The notes under the pieces: generated by a model | What the model saw: only the letters and a program-made list of their open reading frames with translations | Told to the model about the DNA's origin: nothing | Database searches by the model: none | Assembly: GCA_963736115.1 (NCBI GenBank) | Contig: CAVTNR010000028.1 | Coordinates: 52,492-116,491, forward strand | DNA from: an uncultured bacterium | Lineage (GTDB): Bacteria; Zhuqueibacterota; QNDG01; DTFT01 | Direction: 5' to 3' | Length of the DNA: 64,000 nt | In this document: piece by piece, positions 50,175 to 59,552 of the stretch | Layout of the letters: every line of letters begins with the position of its first letter | Numbering within the stretch: position 1 is the first letter of the stretch | Made by a program: the position numbers and the translations under genes

Positions 50175-52424
50175 TCAGCGGACCAGGACGAGTTTGCGGG
50201 ACGCGCGCAGTCCCTGTCCTGTCACGGTCAGGATGTAGACACCGCTGGCGACCGGCATTCCGGAATCGGCCGTTCCGTCCCACTGGAGAACAGTGCGGCC
50301 TGCCCGGAGTCCGATGTGCTGAATGCACCGGATCGTGCGGCCTGAGGCGTCCAGAATCCGGACAGCCATCGCTCCGCCTGTGCCCGGGGATAGGGGAACG
50401 TTGACGGCGAAGGACGTGCCTCCGTTGAAAGGATTCGGAAACGCATTTTCCAGGGTCCAGGAAGCGGGAATCGCGGGCTCCGGCCTGTCTCCGATTCCGG
50501 TCAGGCGCATGGCCTCAACCGCGTCCATTGCGCCGTATCCCCAGCGGTTGTGCCAGAAATCCGCCGCCATGTCCGGAGTCTTGCGGCAGGACGCGATCAG
50601 AATACCCTTGATTTCCGAACTGGTCAGGGTCGGATCCTTTTCGAACATCAATGCGATCAGGCCGGTGACATGCGGCGCGGACATGCTTGTTCCCTTTTCA
50701 GCCCAGTGCACGCTGTCGTCCGCTGTCAGATGATCCGCGGGCCGGCCGCTGATGTTCCGGGACAGGGAGGACAGGATATACTCGCCCGGCGCGGCGATTT
50801 CCGGCTTTCCGGTGGAGGAGGAACCCCGGGTGTTGGGACGCGCTCCTCCCCCGCTCGAAAAGGCGGAGATGGAACCGGGTGTGATGCCGGCGTCGGTATA
50901 CGGATTCGTGAACCCGAGGCAGGGCCACGTGTTCCGCGAGGTGAAAGACGCGACCGCGATTGCCAGCCGCGCATGGGCGGGTTCGACGAGGAGCGTGGTG
51001 GAGTCAACGCGGTCCGTCAGCACCGCGTTCATGGTGGACTCGTACAGCCATCCGTCGAACCGGCCGGGCTTGCCGGTGAAATCCAGCCTCCACAGGCCGG
51101 TCGCGAGCACATCGGTTACGGCAGGCCCGGACCGCTTGTCCGCGATGCGGATGCGCATTTCGAGGTCGTCATTGTCCGGATCCGGTCCTGCGGACGCGTT
51201 GTCCACGGTGATGATTCCCTCGGCCGTGTCCCAGGCGCGGATGGAGGTGTTCGGGGACACCGGTCCGTATGAAACGCCTGAGGGGGTCACCACTGAAATC
51301 GTGAGTCCCGTATACGGCGGGGACCAGATATCGAACCGCACCCCGTCCTCGGTTCCGGCTGTATTGGAGGGGACACTGAAGGTGACGCTCAGGCTGTTGG
51401 ATACCGGGGAGTCGAACTGTCCCTTGAAGTGAATCGGTTTGTCTCCGTCGTTTCCTGCCGCTGTCACGACCGCCCTTCCCCCTCCTCCGAGCAGGCTGTT
51501 GATGGACTGTTCCAGAGGCGAGGTTCCGTCATGCGGACCCTCCTGGCTGGATTTTCCGATGCTGAGATTCACGACCGCGGGTTTTCCGTGAAGTTCCGCC
51601 TTGACGAAGATATAGGAAACGGCCTGCGCCACCAGAGTCTCATCGATCGGCACGGTGCCGGTCCTGACCACGATCAGGTCCGCTTCAGGCGCCATGCCCG
51701 TATACCGGCCCGGCGTCTTTCCGTTGCCTGTTCCCCGGCCGTTCCCTGCAGCGATACCGGCCACATGCGTCCCATGACCGAATTCGTCCCTAACGCGGAT
51801 CCTTCCGGCCGGCGTGCCGTCGATTTCATCGTCGATGTCAACCTGGGTGTATTCGCTTCCGGTTCCGAACGTGGACGGATGCGGGCCCGCGGGATCAGTC
51901 TGATCCCATAGGTACAGGATGCGCGACCTGCCGTCCGGCCGGATGAAATCCGGATGCGACCAGTCTATTCCGGAGTCCACGATTCCGATGATCACGCCTG
52001 CGCCTGTCGGGCCTGTGTCAGCAGCCGGCCGGACGCGATCCATGCCGACGGCAGGCAGGCTTTCATCCAGCATAAGCCTGCATCCTGCAGGGGACTCCAT
52101 CCATCTCACGTTCGGATCCAACGCAAGACTACGGATGGCTGCCGGGTTCACATGTGCGATGGAGAGACCACCATGGCTGGATTCCACCCGGACGCCGGGG
52201 ATGGACAGGTTATCCGGATTGCGTGAGCGGATCCACAGGCGCAGGGGTTCCCCGGTTTTCAATCCGGAATCCGCCAAGGTCACCCCGCTCAGCATTTCCC
52301 GCAGACGCGGTCCGAGTTTGCGGCTGGTGCTGTCCCATGTTCCGGATACGGGTCCATCTGCCTGAAACAGAAGTGTCAGCAGAGCGATGACGCATAGAAT
52401 TATTGTATTACAGGAACGTTTCAT
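50175..52424 (-). CDS. Secreted S8 subtilase with internal insertion domain and C-terminal FlgD/sorting-like domain
   Basis: GIVDSG, HGTHVAG, AAGN, GTSMSAPHV; C-terminus NAFPNPFN...WDG...SGVY. Confidence 0.9.
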   Translation of the reverse strand: MKRSCNTIILCVIALLTLLFQADGPVSGTWDSTSRKLGPRLREMLSGVTLADSGLKTGEPLRLWIRSRNPDNLSIPGVRVESSHGGLSIAHVNPAAIRSLALDPNVRWMESPAGCRLMLDESLPAVGMDRVRPAADTGPTGAGVIIGIVDSGIDWSHPDFIRPDGRSRILYLWDQTDPAGPHPSTFGTGSEYTQVDIDDEIDGTPAGRIRVRDEFGHGTHVAGIAAGNGRGTGNGKTPGRYTGMAPEADLIVVRTGTVPIDETLVAQAVSYIFVKAELHGKPAVVNLSIGKSSQEGPHDGTSPLEQSINSLLGGGGRAVVTAAGNDGDKPIHFKGQFDSPVSNSLSVTFSVPSNTAGTEDGVRFDIWSPPYTGLTISVVTPSGVSYGPVSPNTSIRAWDTAEGIITVDNASAGPDPDNDDLEMRIRIADKRSGPAVTDVLATGLWRLDFTGKPGRFDGWLYESTMNAVLTDRVDSTTLLVEPAHARLAIAVASFTSRNTWPCLGFTNPYTDAGITPGSISAFSSGGGARPNTRGSSSTGKPEIAAPGEYILSSLSRNISGRPADHLTADDSVHWAEKGTSMSAPHVTGLIALMFEKDPTLTSSEIKGILIASCRKTPDMAADFWHNRWGYGAMDAVEAMRLTGIGDRPEPAIPASWTLENAFPNPFNGGTSFAVNVPLSPGTGGAMAVRILDASGRTIRCIQHIGLRAGRTVLQWDGTADSGMPVASGVYILTVTGQGLRASRKLVLVR

Positions 52425-52477
52425 GTGCCGTCAGTTTGATACAAGGTTTATAGTAGTACAAATCCACAACTCATCCA

Positions 52478-52503
52478 TGGATCCCCGCGTTCGCGGGGAT
52501 GAC
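52478..52503. repeat. REP/RPE-like palindrome
   Basis: TGGATCCCCGCGTTCGCGGGGATGAC; stem ATCCCCGCG/CGCGGGGAT. Confidence 0.6.
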
Positions 52504-52545
52504 ATTTATTATGATGAATGCATTACCCTATTCATCATTCTCTTT

Positions 52546-52618
52546 ATCCGCGTCAATCCGCCGAAGGTCCGCGCCTATCCGTGTTCCATTCTTTTTAATC
52601 CGTGCCAATCCGTGTTCC
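52546..52618. repeat. Short tandem ATCCG(T/C)G repeats
   Basis: ATCCGCGTCAATCCG, GTCCGCGCCTATCCGTGTTCC, AATCCGTGCCAATCCGTGTTCC with 10-nt periodicity. Confidence 0.6.
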
Positions 52619-53590
52619 GCTCCTATCTTTTATCTCCCTCGGATGAAACGTGGTGATGATCTCGCGCAGGAACTCGCGGTCCAGATGCGTGTAGATCTGG
52701 GTGGTCGAGATGTCCGAATGCCCCAGCAGTTCCTGCACGGACCGCAGGTCCGCGCCGCCCTCGAGCAGGTGGGTGGCGAAGGAATGCCGGAACGTGTGCG
52801 GGCTCACGGTCTTTTCCACGCCCGCTTCGGCCGTCCTGGCGCGTATGATTTTCCACACCGCGAAGCGCGTGAGCGGCCTGCCTCTGAGGCTCAGAAAGAG
52901 CCGGTCGCGGTTCAGTCCGGCTTTCAGCCGTCCGGAACGGACCGTGTCCCTGTAGCGCCGGGTGAAATGCAGAGCCGTGTCGCCGACCGGCACGATGCGC
53001 TCCTTGCTCCCCTTGCCCAGAACACGCACCAGCCGCTCCCGCTCGTCGAGATCGGCCAAAGTCACGGTGATCAGTTCGGTGACGCGCAAGCCCGTGGCGT
53101 ACAGAAACTCCAGAAGGCTCCGGTCGCGCACGTCCTTCGGGCTTTCGCCGCAGACGGCTTCGAGAATCCGGAAGACTTCGTGAATTTCGAGAACCGCCGG
53201 CAGCTTGCGGCCCTTGCGAGGAATGTCCACGGGCCCGGTCGGATCCGCGGACGCGGCCTGTTCGGACAGGCAGAACCGGTGGAACATGCGTATGGCCGTA
53301 AGGTTGCGGGCCACGCTGGACGCGGCCATCCCGAGATCCGACAGCATGGCGATCAGGGCCCTGACATGTTCAGTCCCGACTTCCGCGGCATTCAGAACGC
53401 CCCGCTCTCCCAGGAACCGGAAGTAACGCGTCAGGTCGTTCCGGTAGGCTTCGGCCGTGAGCGGAGACAACCCCCGATCCAAAGACAGATGCCCGAGGAA
53501 GCGCGATCCGAGCCGGTCCAGATCACCGGAAGCGGCCGGAGAGGAAGGGGTTGTGTTTGCGTTCAAAGCCGATCTCGGTTGTTTCTCCAT
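52595..53590 (-). CDS. xerD: Site-specific tyrosine recombinase XerD
   Basis: LYATGLRVTE, GKGSKER, SPHTFRHSFATHLL, QELLGHSDISTTQIYTH; start uncertain. Confidence 0.92.
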   Translation of the reverse strand: MEKQPRSALNANTTPSSPAASGDLDRLGSRFLGHLSLDRGLSPLTAEAYRNDLTRYFRFLGERGVLNAAEVGTEHVRALIAMLSDLGMAASSVARNLTAIRMFHRFCLSEQAASADPTGPVDIPRKGRKLPAVLEIHEVFRILEAVCGESPKDVRDRSLLEFLYATGLRVTELITVTLADLDERERLVRVLGKGSKERIVPVGDTALHFTRRYRDTVRSGRLKAGLNRDRLFLSLRGRPLTRFAVWKIIRARTAEAGVEKTVSPHTFRHSFATHLLEGGADLRSVQELLGHSDISTTQIYTHLDREFLREIITTFHPREIKDRSGTRIGTD

Positions 53591-54287
53591 GGCCCGGATA
53601 CACGCGGACATTGTCCTCCAGAATCAGCAGTCCGTTCCGTATGGACTGCATAAGCTCGCGCTCCGAGGAACCGGGAAAATCTGTTCTCCCGACCGATCCC
53701 CGGAACAGGGTGTCCCCCACCAGGACGAATCCCTCGCCAGCGAAACAGACTCCGCCGGGTGTGTGACCCGGTGTGTGGATCACGCGAAGCCCGTCCCCGG
53801 GCCCGAATGGAATTACGTCCCCGTCTTGCAGAAGGCCGTCTGCCGGTTCCGTCCGGATGTCAAGTCCGATGAACAGGGACATATTGGCTTCCGGCCGAAT
53901 CAGCAGTTCCGCGTCCGCCGGATGGATCCATACCGAGGCGGAACACCGTGACCGGAAATCGGGGACACCCGCGATATGATCAAAATGGCCGTGGGTCAGC
54001 AGAATGCGTTCTACAGCCAGACCTTCCTGAACCAGAAACCGCCCCACCGCTCCGCCGGGTTCGGCCGGATCGACCAGGATGCAGGTCTTCCGGCCCGGAT
54101 CGATCAGAACATAGGTGTTGGTGTCGAGCGGGCCGCAAGCGAAACGCTTGATTTGAAGCTCCCCGCCGCAAGCGGCGGGGAATCTTCTATCTGTAGAGAA
54201 AAGACATCTTATATTCGCTCGCTTACCCCGGGGCAAGCCCCGGGGAATGCGCTCGCTGTCAGATTCAATGGAAGCATCCGTATTCAG
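53523..54287 (-). CDS. MBL-fold metallo-hydrolase (glyoxalase II-like) with in-frame repeat insertion near the N-terminus
   Basis: THGHFDH, HTPGHTPG, GDTLF, GRTD, YPGHG; start uncertain, CTG 54287 proposed. Confidence 0.88.
   Translation of the reverse strand: MNTDASIESDSERIPRGLPRGKRANIRCLFSTDRRFPAACGGELQIKRFACGPLDTNTYVLIDPGRKTCILVDPAEPGGAVGRFLVQEGLAVERILLTHGHFDHIAGVPDFRSRCSASVWIHPADAELLIRPEANMSLFIGLDIRTEPADGLLQDGDVIPFGPGDGLRVIHTPGHTPGGVCFAGEGFVLVGDTLFRGSVGRTDFPGSSERELMQSIRNGLLILEDNVRVYPGHGETTEIGFERKHNPFLSGRFR
54153..54263 (-). mobile_element. Non-autonomous two-hairpin element, copy 3 (111 bp basic form)
   Basis: TCTGACAGCGAGCGCATT-CCCCGGGGCTTGCCCCGGGG-core-CCCCGCCGCTTGCGGCGGGG-AGCTTCAA, inserted after TTGAA. 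Confidence 0.87.
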
Positions 54288-54979
54288 GACTCCCCGGCCG
54301 GTAGGGACGGGACCGACAGCGGGCACGAGCGTACGCACACGCCGCAGATGTGCACGCCGATTCCCCTCTCCCTGGAAAATTCCGTCAGTTTTGCGTGGCA
54401 CAGGTCGAGCCTGTAGTCTCGGGGCTCCGGACCGAGCGCGCCTGCGGGACAAGCCCGAATGCAAAGATCGCATGATCCGCACCCGAAATCCCCGGGAATT
54501 CCGGGTTCGAGCGGAACGTCGATGAGCACGGTGGCGAAGCGCACGGCTGAACCGAACCGCCGGGTCACGGTCAGATTGCTCCTGCCCCGCCATCCAAGGC
54601 CGGCCCGCTCCGCGATCATCCGGTGCGACAGATGGCCGCGATTCGCGCTCCAGTCCACCATCTGGGATGCGGGTATCGGGAGCGCGCGGCGGCCCAGGGC
54701 CGTCAGCTTTGCGGCCATTCGGAACGCGATGCGGTCGAGCAAATTGTTGGCCTGCTGATAATGCCATTTATAGAGGAGGGTGGGACGGTCGAAGATGCCG
54801 GACAGGACGGCCGGGGACAGGGGAACCGCGATGGAAACCGCCCGGCAGAGGCCGTCGGTCTCGGCTGCGGAGAGGAGAAAACGGTTCTTCATCTCTGTAA
54901 TGTCCGCGATTCCGAACAGCATGGCGCCGTCGCGGAAAGCCGGCTCACGGAGAAATTCCGCGTCCACGACAGCGGACAT
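54284..54979 (-). CDS. Epoxyqueuosine reductase-like Fe-S protein
   Basis: SHRMIAERAGLGWRGRSNL...FGSAVRF, CGSCDLCIRACP, C...CGVCVRSCP. Confidence 0.75.
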   Translation of the reverse strand: MSAVVDAEFLREPAFRDGAMLFGIADITEMKNRFLLSAAETDGLCRAVSIAVPLSPAVLSGIFDRPTLLYKWHYQQANNLLDRIAFRMAAKLTALGRRALPIPASQMVDWSANRGHLSHRMIAERAGLGWRGRSNLTVTRRFGSAVRFATVLIDVPLEPGIPGDFGCGSCDLCIRACPAGALGPEPRDYRLDLCHAKLTEFSRERGIGVHICGVCVRSCPLSVPSLPAGES

Positions 54980-55419
54980 TATCCGCCCGATTTCGGAAGA
55001 AGAGTTTCAGTCAGTGAGAGCGCCACGCCGGAAAGCATGACTTCCGGGCCGAGACGCGTGAAATCGCCGGACAGGAGGTCCGTGTCCACATTGGCGAACA
55101 GGGAGCAGGCCGCCCCCTTCTCGATGATCAGGCCGGACAGTTTTCCATCGCTCTGACTGACGAAAGTCACTTCGCCCAGCATGTCGCTGGCGACGTAACC
55201 GGAGCAGAAATGAAGCTGCAGGTGCGAAGCCGCGGTGTACACGGAGATCAGGTTCCCCTTCCGCTTGCCGATGGGGATGTCCGAATAAATCTCAAAGGAG
55301 AGCTTTCTTCTTTCCTCCGCGTTTTGGAGCACCATCCGGTGACAGCGGTTTTCCGTTTGAAATTGTCCGCCGAGCACGGCTTCGATCCGCTTCAGATCGT
55401 CATTCTTGAATGTAAACAT
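54979..55419 (-). CDS. Hypothetical protein
   Basis: 146-aa ORF packed between rpe and the Fe-S gene in the same orientation, with normal composition. Confidence 0.7.
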   Translation of the reverse strand: MFTFKNDDLKRIEAVLGGQFQTENRCHRMVLQNAEERRKLSFEIYSDIPIGKRKGNLISVYTAASHLQLHFCSGYVASDMLGEVTFVSQSDGKLSGLIIEKGAACSLFANVDTDLLSGDFTRLGPEVMLSGVALSLTETLLPKSGG

Positions 55420-55445
55420 CGCGAAGGGCCTTTCCCTTTTTGAGC

Positions 55446-56138
55446 TCAAGGCGTTTCCGGAACGGGTCCGGACAGCGCCCCTTTGATGGCGTTCCGCAGC
55501 ATCCGGACGGCTTCGCCGCGGTCCGGATGTCCGAACACGGCCTGACCGGCGATCAGCACGTCGGCGCCGGCTCGGATCACGGATCCGGTCGTATCCGGAT
55601 CAATACCCCCGTCCACCTCTATCAGAGGCCGTTTCGGAAGCGATTCCAGCCGGTCGCGGAGGCTGCGTATCTTGCCGATCACGTCCTTCAGAATGGTCTG
55701 GCCGCCGAATCCCGGATGCACGGTCAGGACCAGCACTCGGTCCAGGTTTTCGATCACGGAATCCAGGGCGTCGATCGGCGTTTCCGGACGGAGCGCCAGG
55801 CCGACGCCCGCGCCCAGGCCGCGGATCCGTTCCACGGCCACGGCCAGATCCGTGCCGGTCTCCGGGTGAATCGTGAGCCCGTCAACCCCGGCGTCCCGGA
55901 ATTCCCCGGCGAACCGAAGCGGATCGCTGATCATCAGGTGCGCCCAGTACGGCAGGGTGGAGGCCGAACGGATGGAACGCACCACCAGCGGACCGATGGT
56001 CAGATTCGGAACGAAATGCCCGTCCATCACGTCGACGTGTATCCCATCCGCTCCCGCCCGCTCCGCATCCGCGATTTCCGACCCGAGACGCGAGAAATCC
56101 GCGGACAGAATCGAGGGATAGATTTCAACGCGGCGCAA
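55446..56138 (-). CDS. rpe: Ribulose-phosphate 3-epimerase
   Basis: PSILSADF, HVDVMDGHFVPNLT, PGFGGQ, EVDGG. Confidence 0.96.
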   Translation of the reverse strand: MRRVEIYPSILSADFSRLGSEIADAERAGADGIHVDVMDGHFVPNLTIGPLVVRSIRSASTLPYWAHLMISDPLRFAGEFRDAGVDGLTIHPETGTDLAVAVERIRGLGAGVGLALRPETPIDALDSVIENLDRVLVLTVHPGFGGQTILKDVIGKIRSLRDRLESLPKRPLIEVDGGIDPDTTGSVIRAGADVLIAGQAVFGHPDRGEAVRMLRNAIKGALSGPVPETP

Positions 56139-56141
56139 CGC

Positions 56142-56903
56142 TCACTCCACTCGGCTGATGGTCAGGCTCACGGCCTTGCCCTGGCTGACTTCGGTTCCGT
56201 CCTCCACGGACTGCGCGATCACGGTTCCCGGCACCAGATCGAGGGACACTTCACTCTCGATCCGGCCGGTTTCCAACCCGGCCTCCCAGAGCATTTTTCG
56301 GGCGGTGTCGATGTTCTTTCCCACGAGCTTCGGCACAACAAAACGGGACGGCAGGTTGCCCCGGCTCACCGTGATGTCCACGACCGTCTTGGCCTCCACT
56401 TCGGTGTCCTCAATGAGGCTTTGGCGGCAAACCACGCCCTGCGGGTAATAATCGTCAAACGCATACTGAATGTTTCCCAGAACGAGAGCGGCGTTGTTCA
56501 GGATGAAGGCGGCATCCCGCTCGGACACACCGACCAGCTGAGGAACGGCCACGGACCGTTCGCCCGAACTGACCGTGACGTAGATCCTGCGTCCGCGTTT
56601 CACCTTCGAATAGGGCGGGGGATTCTGAAAAATGACCGTGCCCTTCGGGTAATGGGAATCGGTCTTCTCCCGGTCCTTGATGAGTCGGAAGCCGTTCGAT
56701 TCCAGGATCTCGCGGGCGCTTTCGAACGAGTGCTCCGTGATATCCGGCAGTTCACGCTCGCGGCTGTACTGCGTGTACAGCGGCATGACGATCCAGTCCA
56801 TGAGCAGCATCCAGACGAGCAGGACGGTCAGCGTCACCAGCCATCCCTTGACCGCCTGTCCGTGGCGGACGCGCCATTCGCTGAATTTCGACATTCCATT
56901 CAC
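56142..56903 (-). CDS. PASTA domain membrane protein
   Basis: One TM plus three PASTA repeats (LPDITE, VPQLVG, VPKLVG). Confidence 0.88.
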   Translation of the reverse strand: MNGMSKFSEWRVRHGQAVKGWLVTLTVLLVWMLLMDWIVMPLYTQYSRERELPDITEHSFESAREILESNGFRLIKDREKTDSHYPKGTVIFQNPPPYSKVKRGRRIYVTVSSGERSVAVPQLVGVSERDAAFILNNAALVLGNIQYAFDDYYPQGVVCRQSLIEDTEVEAKTVVDITVSRGNLPSRFVVPKLVGKNIDTARKMLWEAGLETGRIESEVSLDLVPGTVIAQSVEDGTEVSQGKAVSLTISRVE

Positions 56904-58243
56904 TCCGTTTTAATCATGCGTACGGCGAAGGCGCCGTCCGATCCGTGCACATCGGTGCTGGTTTCCGCGCACCCGCCGGAAACCAGCGCTTCCGGAAGAA
57001 AACGCGCCGGGTCGTCGATGCGATAGGACGGGTGGCCGGCGCGGAAGGCGTCGACGGCGCCTCGGTTCTCCTCCTCCGTCACCGTGCAGGTGGAGTATAC
57101 CAGAACGCCGCCCGGTTTCAGAATCCGGTCGGCCGCTTCCAGGAGCCTGGCTTGAACCCCGGTCAGACGCGAAACGTCCTCGGGGGTGCGCCTCCATTTC
57201 AGCTCCGGCCTGCGCCTCACCACGCCCATTCCGGAGCAGGGCGCGTCCAGCAGTATCTTGTCAAAAAGTTTCCCCGCGGCCGCGCCCGCGTCCGTCGCGA
57301 CTGCGGACACCGAATGCAGTCCGAGCCGACGGACGCCGCGGCTGAGAAGCCGGAGCCGGCCGGGATGCACGTCCGTTGCCAGAATGAGCGCCTGATCCCC
57401 GGACCGTTCGGCCGCATGCGTCGTTTTGCCTCCCGGCGCGGCAGCCATGTCCAGTATCGTTTCCCCGGGCCGCGGATCAAGCAGACGCACGGCCATGCCC
57501 GCGCTGGGATCCTGCACCGTGACCCGGCCGTCCCGGAAAGCGGGCAGTTCCGTCAGGACGCCGGTCCTGCGCACGGTCAGGTACTCGTCCAGCCAGGGAA
57601 AAGGCTCCGCTTCGATGCCCTGGCCCGCGAGTTCCGACAGTACCGCTCCGCGTTCCGCGGCCAGTGTGTTCACACGCAATCCGAGGCCGGGCCTCTCATT
57701 GTCCGCCAGGCACATCCGCTCGGCGCGTTCCCGACCGAACCTGGCGATCCGGCTTTCCACAATCCACCGGGGATGGGACCAGAGCACGGAGAGGGCCGTC
57801 CATTCGTCCATGCCGGAAACGTCAACCGCGTCCTCTTTTCCGCGGATCACGGCTCTCAGCAGGGCATTGATCGTGGACTTCCACCGGCCGTGGAGAATTT
57901 CCGCGCCGAGGTTGACGGCTTCGTCCACGGCCGCGTAGGCCGGCACCTTGGTCAGAAAGAGAATCTGGTACACGGCCGTTTCGCATATGCGCCGGACGGC
58001 TTCCGGCGCGCCATTCCAATCCCCGCGAAAACGGATTTCCAGGATCCGGTCGATCCGCTTCCACCACCGTAAAGTGCCGAACACGATTTCAGTGCACAGC
58101 GCCTTGTCCCTCGCGTCGAGGGGATAACGCCGGAAGGCATTTTCGAGAATCCGGTCCGCGTAACCGTCCGTCCCGAAAACGCGGCTGAGCGTCCAGACGG
58201 CGAGCCTGCGGGGACCCGGCCGGCCGGTTAACGGGAAGGTCAC
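56900..58243 (-). CDS. rsmB: 16S rRNA m5C967 methyltransferase
   Basis: NusB-like N-terminus, DMAAAPGGKT, LLDAPCSG, YSTCT. Confidence 0.94.
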   Translation of the reverse strand: MTFPLTGRPGPRRLAVWTLSRVFGTDGYADRILENAFRRYPLDARDKALCTEIVFGTLRWWKRIDRILEIRFRGDWNGAPEAVRRICETAVYQILFLTKVPAYAAVDEAVNLGAEILHGRWKSTINALLRAVIRGKEDAVDVSGMDEWTALSVLWSHPRWIVESRIARFGRERAERMCLADNERPGLGLRVNTLAAERGAVLSELAGQGIEAEPFPWLDEYLTVRRTGVLTELPAFRDGRVTVQDPSAGMAVRLLDPRPGETILDMAAAPGGKTTHAAERSGDQALILATDVHPGRLRLLSRGVRRLGLHSVSAVATDAGAAAGKLFDKILLDAPCSGMGVVRRRPELKWRRTPEDVSRLTGVQARLLEAADRILKPGGVLVYSTCTVTEEENRGAVDAFRAGHPSYRIDDPARFLPEALVSGGCAETSTDVHGSDGAFAVRMIKTE

Positions 58244-59175
58244 GCGTCCGCCGTGCCGAACACGGTTCCCGGACGGATCCGGTGGCCGCGTAGAAATTCC
58301 GCGGCTTCCATGGGCCTTCCGCATTCGAGCTGAAGAGAGCGGATCTCAACGCCGCCCAGGCCGGCCGCGACGCGCAATGGGCCGCATCCGGCATCAACCA
58401 CGGTTCCGGCCGCGGCTCCGGCTCCGCCGTCCCAGGGACGGCCGTCGCAGAGCCTGAGCCGCCGGCCTTCCCAGATCGTGTGCGCGCCCGGATGAGGAGA
58501 CAGACCCCGTATTAGATTCGATATGTCTCTCCCGGACCGGGTCCAGTCGATGCGGCCGTGTTCCGGCAGGATTTTCGGAGCCGTGCTCGGTTCACCCTCC
58601 TGGCGCGTCCGGATCGCGGTTCCGGTTTCGATGCGGAGCACCGTCTCCGAGAGGCATTCCGCGCCGATCACGGAGAGTCGGTCATGCAATTCACCGGCTG
58701 TTTCCTCAGGACCGATGGAAGTGCGGCGCTGGAGAATCCAGTCGCCAGTGTCCATTTTCCGCTCGATGAAAAAAGTCGTCACGCCGGTTTCCGTTTCGCC
58801 GCGGATCACGGCCCACTGAATGGGCGCCGCGCCCCGAAACCGGGGAAGCAGGGACGCGTGCAGATTGACCGCGCCCGCCGGCGGCATCATCCACACCGCA
58901 TCGGGCAGGATGCGGAATGCCACAACAATGAAGCACTCGGCCTCCCAGCCCCGGAGCGCGTCCAGGAAATCCGGATCCTTCAAATCCTCCGGCTGAAGCA
59001 CGGGGAGTCCGGCGTCCCTGGCCGCGCATTTGACTGCCGGTTCACAGATGCGCAGTCCTCTTCCCCGCGGCCGGTCCGGCTGGGTCACCACTCCGGCGAT
59101 CCTATGACCGTCTTCGATCAGCCGTTTCAGCCCGGGAACCGCGAATTCCGGAGTTCCCATGTAGACCAGGCGCAT
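58240..59175 (-). CDS. fmt: Methionyl-tRNA formyltransferase
   Basis: MGTPEFA, VTQPDRPRGRG, NLHASLLPRFRGAAPI. Confidence 0.96.
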   Translation of the reverse strand: MRLVYMGTPEFAVPGLKRLIEDGHRIAGVVTQPDRPRGRGLRICEPAVKCAARDAGLPVLQPEDLKDPDFLDALRGWEAECFIVVAFRILPDAVWMMPPAGAVNLHASLLPRFRGAAPIQWAVIRGETETGVTTFFIERKMDTGDWILQRRTSIGPEETAGELHDRLSVIGAECLSETVLRIETGTAIRTRQEGEPSTAPKILPEHGRIDWTRSGRDISNLIRGLSPHPGAHTIWEGRRLRLCDGRPWDGGAGAAAGTVVDAGCGPLRVAAGLGGVEIRSLQLECGRPMEAAEFLRGHRIRPGTVFGTADA

Positions 59176-59195
59176 AGCCGCCCGTCCTCCTGCGA

Positions 59196-59519
59196 TCAGG
59201 CCTTTTTCAGCACCTGCGCGATAGCGGAACGGGTGACTTCGATTTTCACGTTATCGGCCACTTTCAGGATGATCAGGTTTTCCTTTTCCTCGAAAGCGGC
59301 GATGGTGCCGACCACGCCTCCGACGGTCAGAACACGGTCGCCCTTCTGCAGGCTGTCAATCATCTGTTTCATTTCCTTCTGCCGCTTGGCCTGGGGCCTG
59401 AGCAGGAGGAAATACATGATGACGATAATGGCGAGAAGAGGGAGAAAACTCAGCAGGGGATTCGCCTGTTTTGCGCCCTCCGCTGCCGGCGGCGCCATCA
59501 GGATCACTCTTTCGAACAC
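59196..59519 (-). CDS. yajC: Preprotein translocase subunit YajC
   Basis: YFLLLRPQAKRQK, LQKGDRVLTVGG; follows tgt; start approximate. Confidence 0.94.
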   Translation of the reverse strand: MFERVILMAPPAAEGAKQANPLLSFLPLLAIIVIMYFLLLRPQAKRQKEMKQMIDSLQKGDRVLTVGGVVGTIAAFEEKENLIILKVADNVKIEVTRSAIAQVLKKA

Positions 59520-59552
59520 GGGAACCTCCTTAAAGAACAATGGTTTGTACGG

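Noticed and set aside
52595-53590. Phage or integron integrase
   Set aside because: Motifs and housekeeping context fit chromosomal XerD; no integron-specific insertion or attC array seen.
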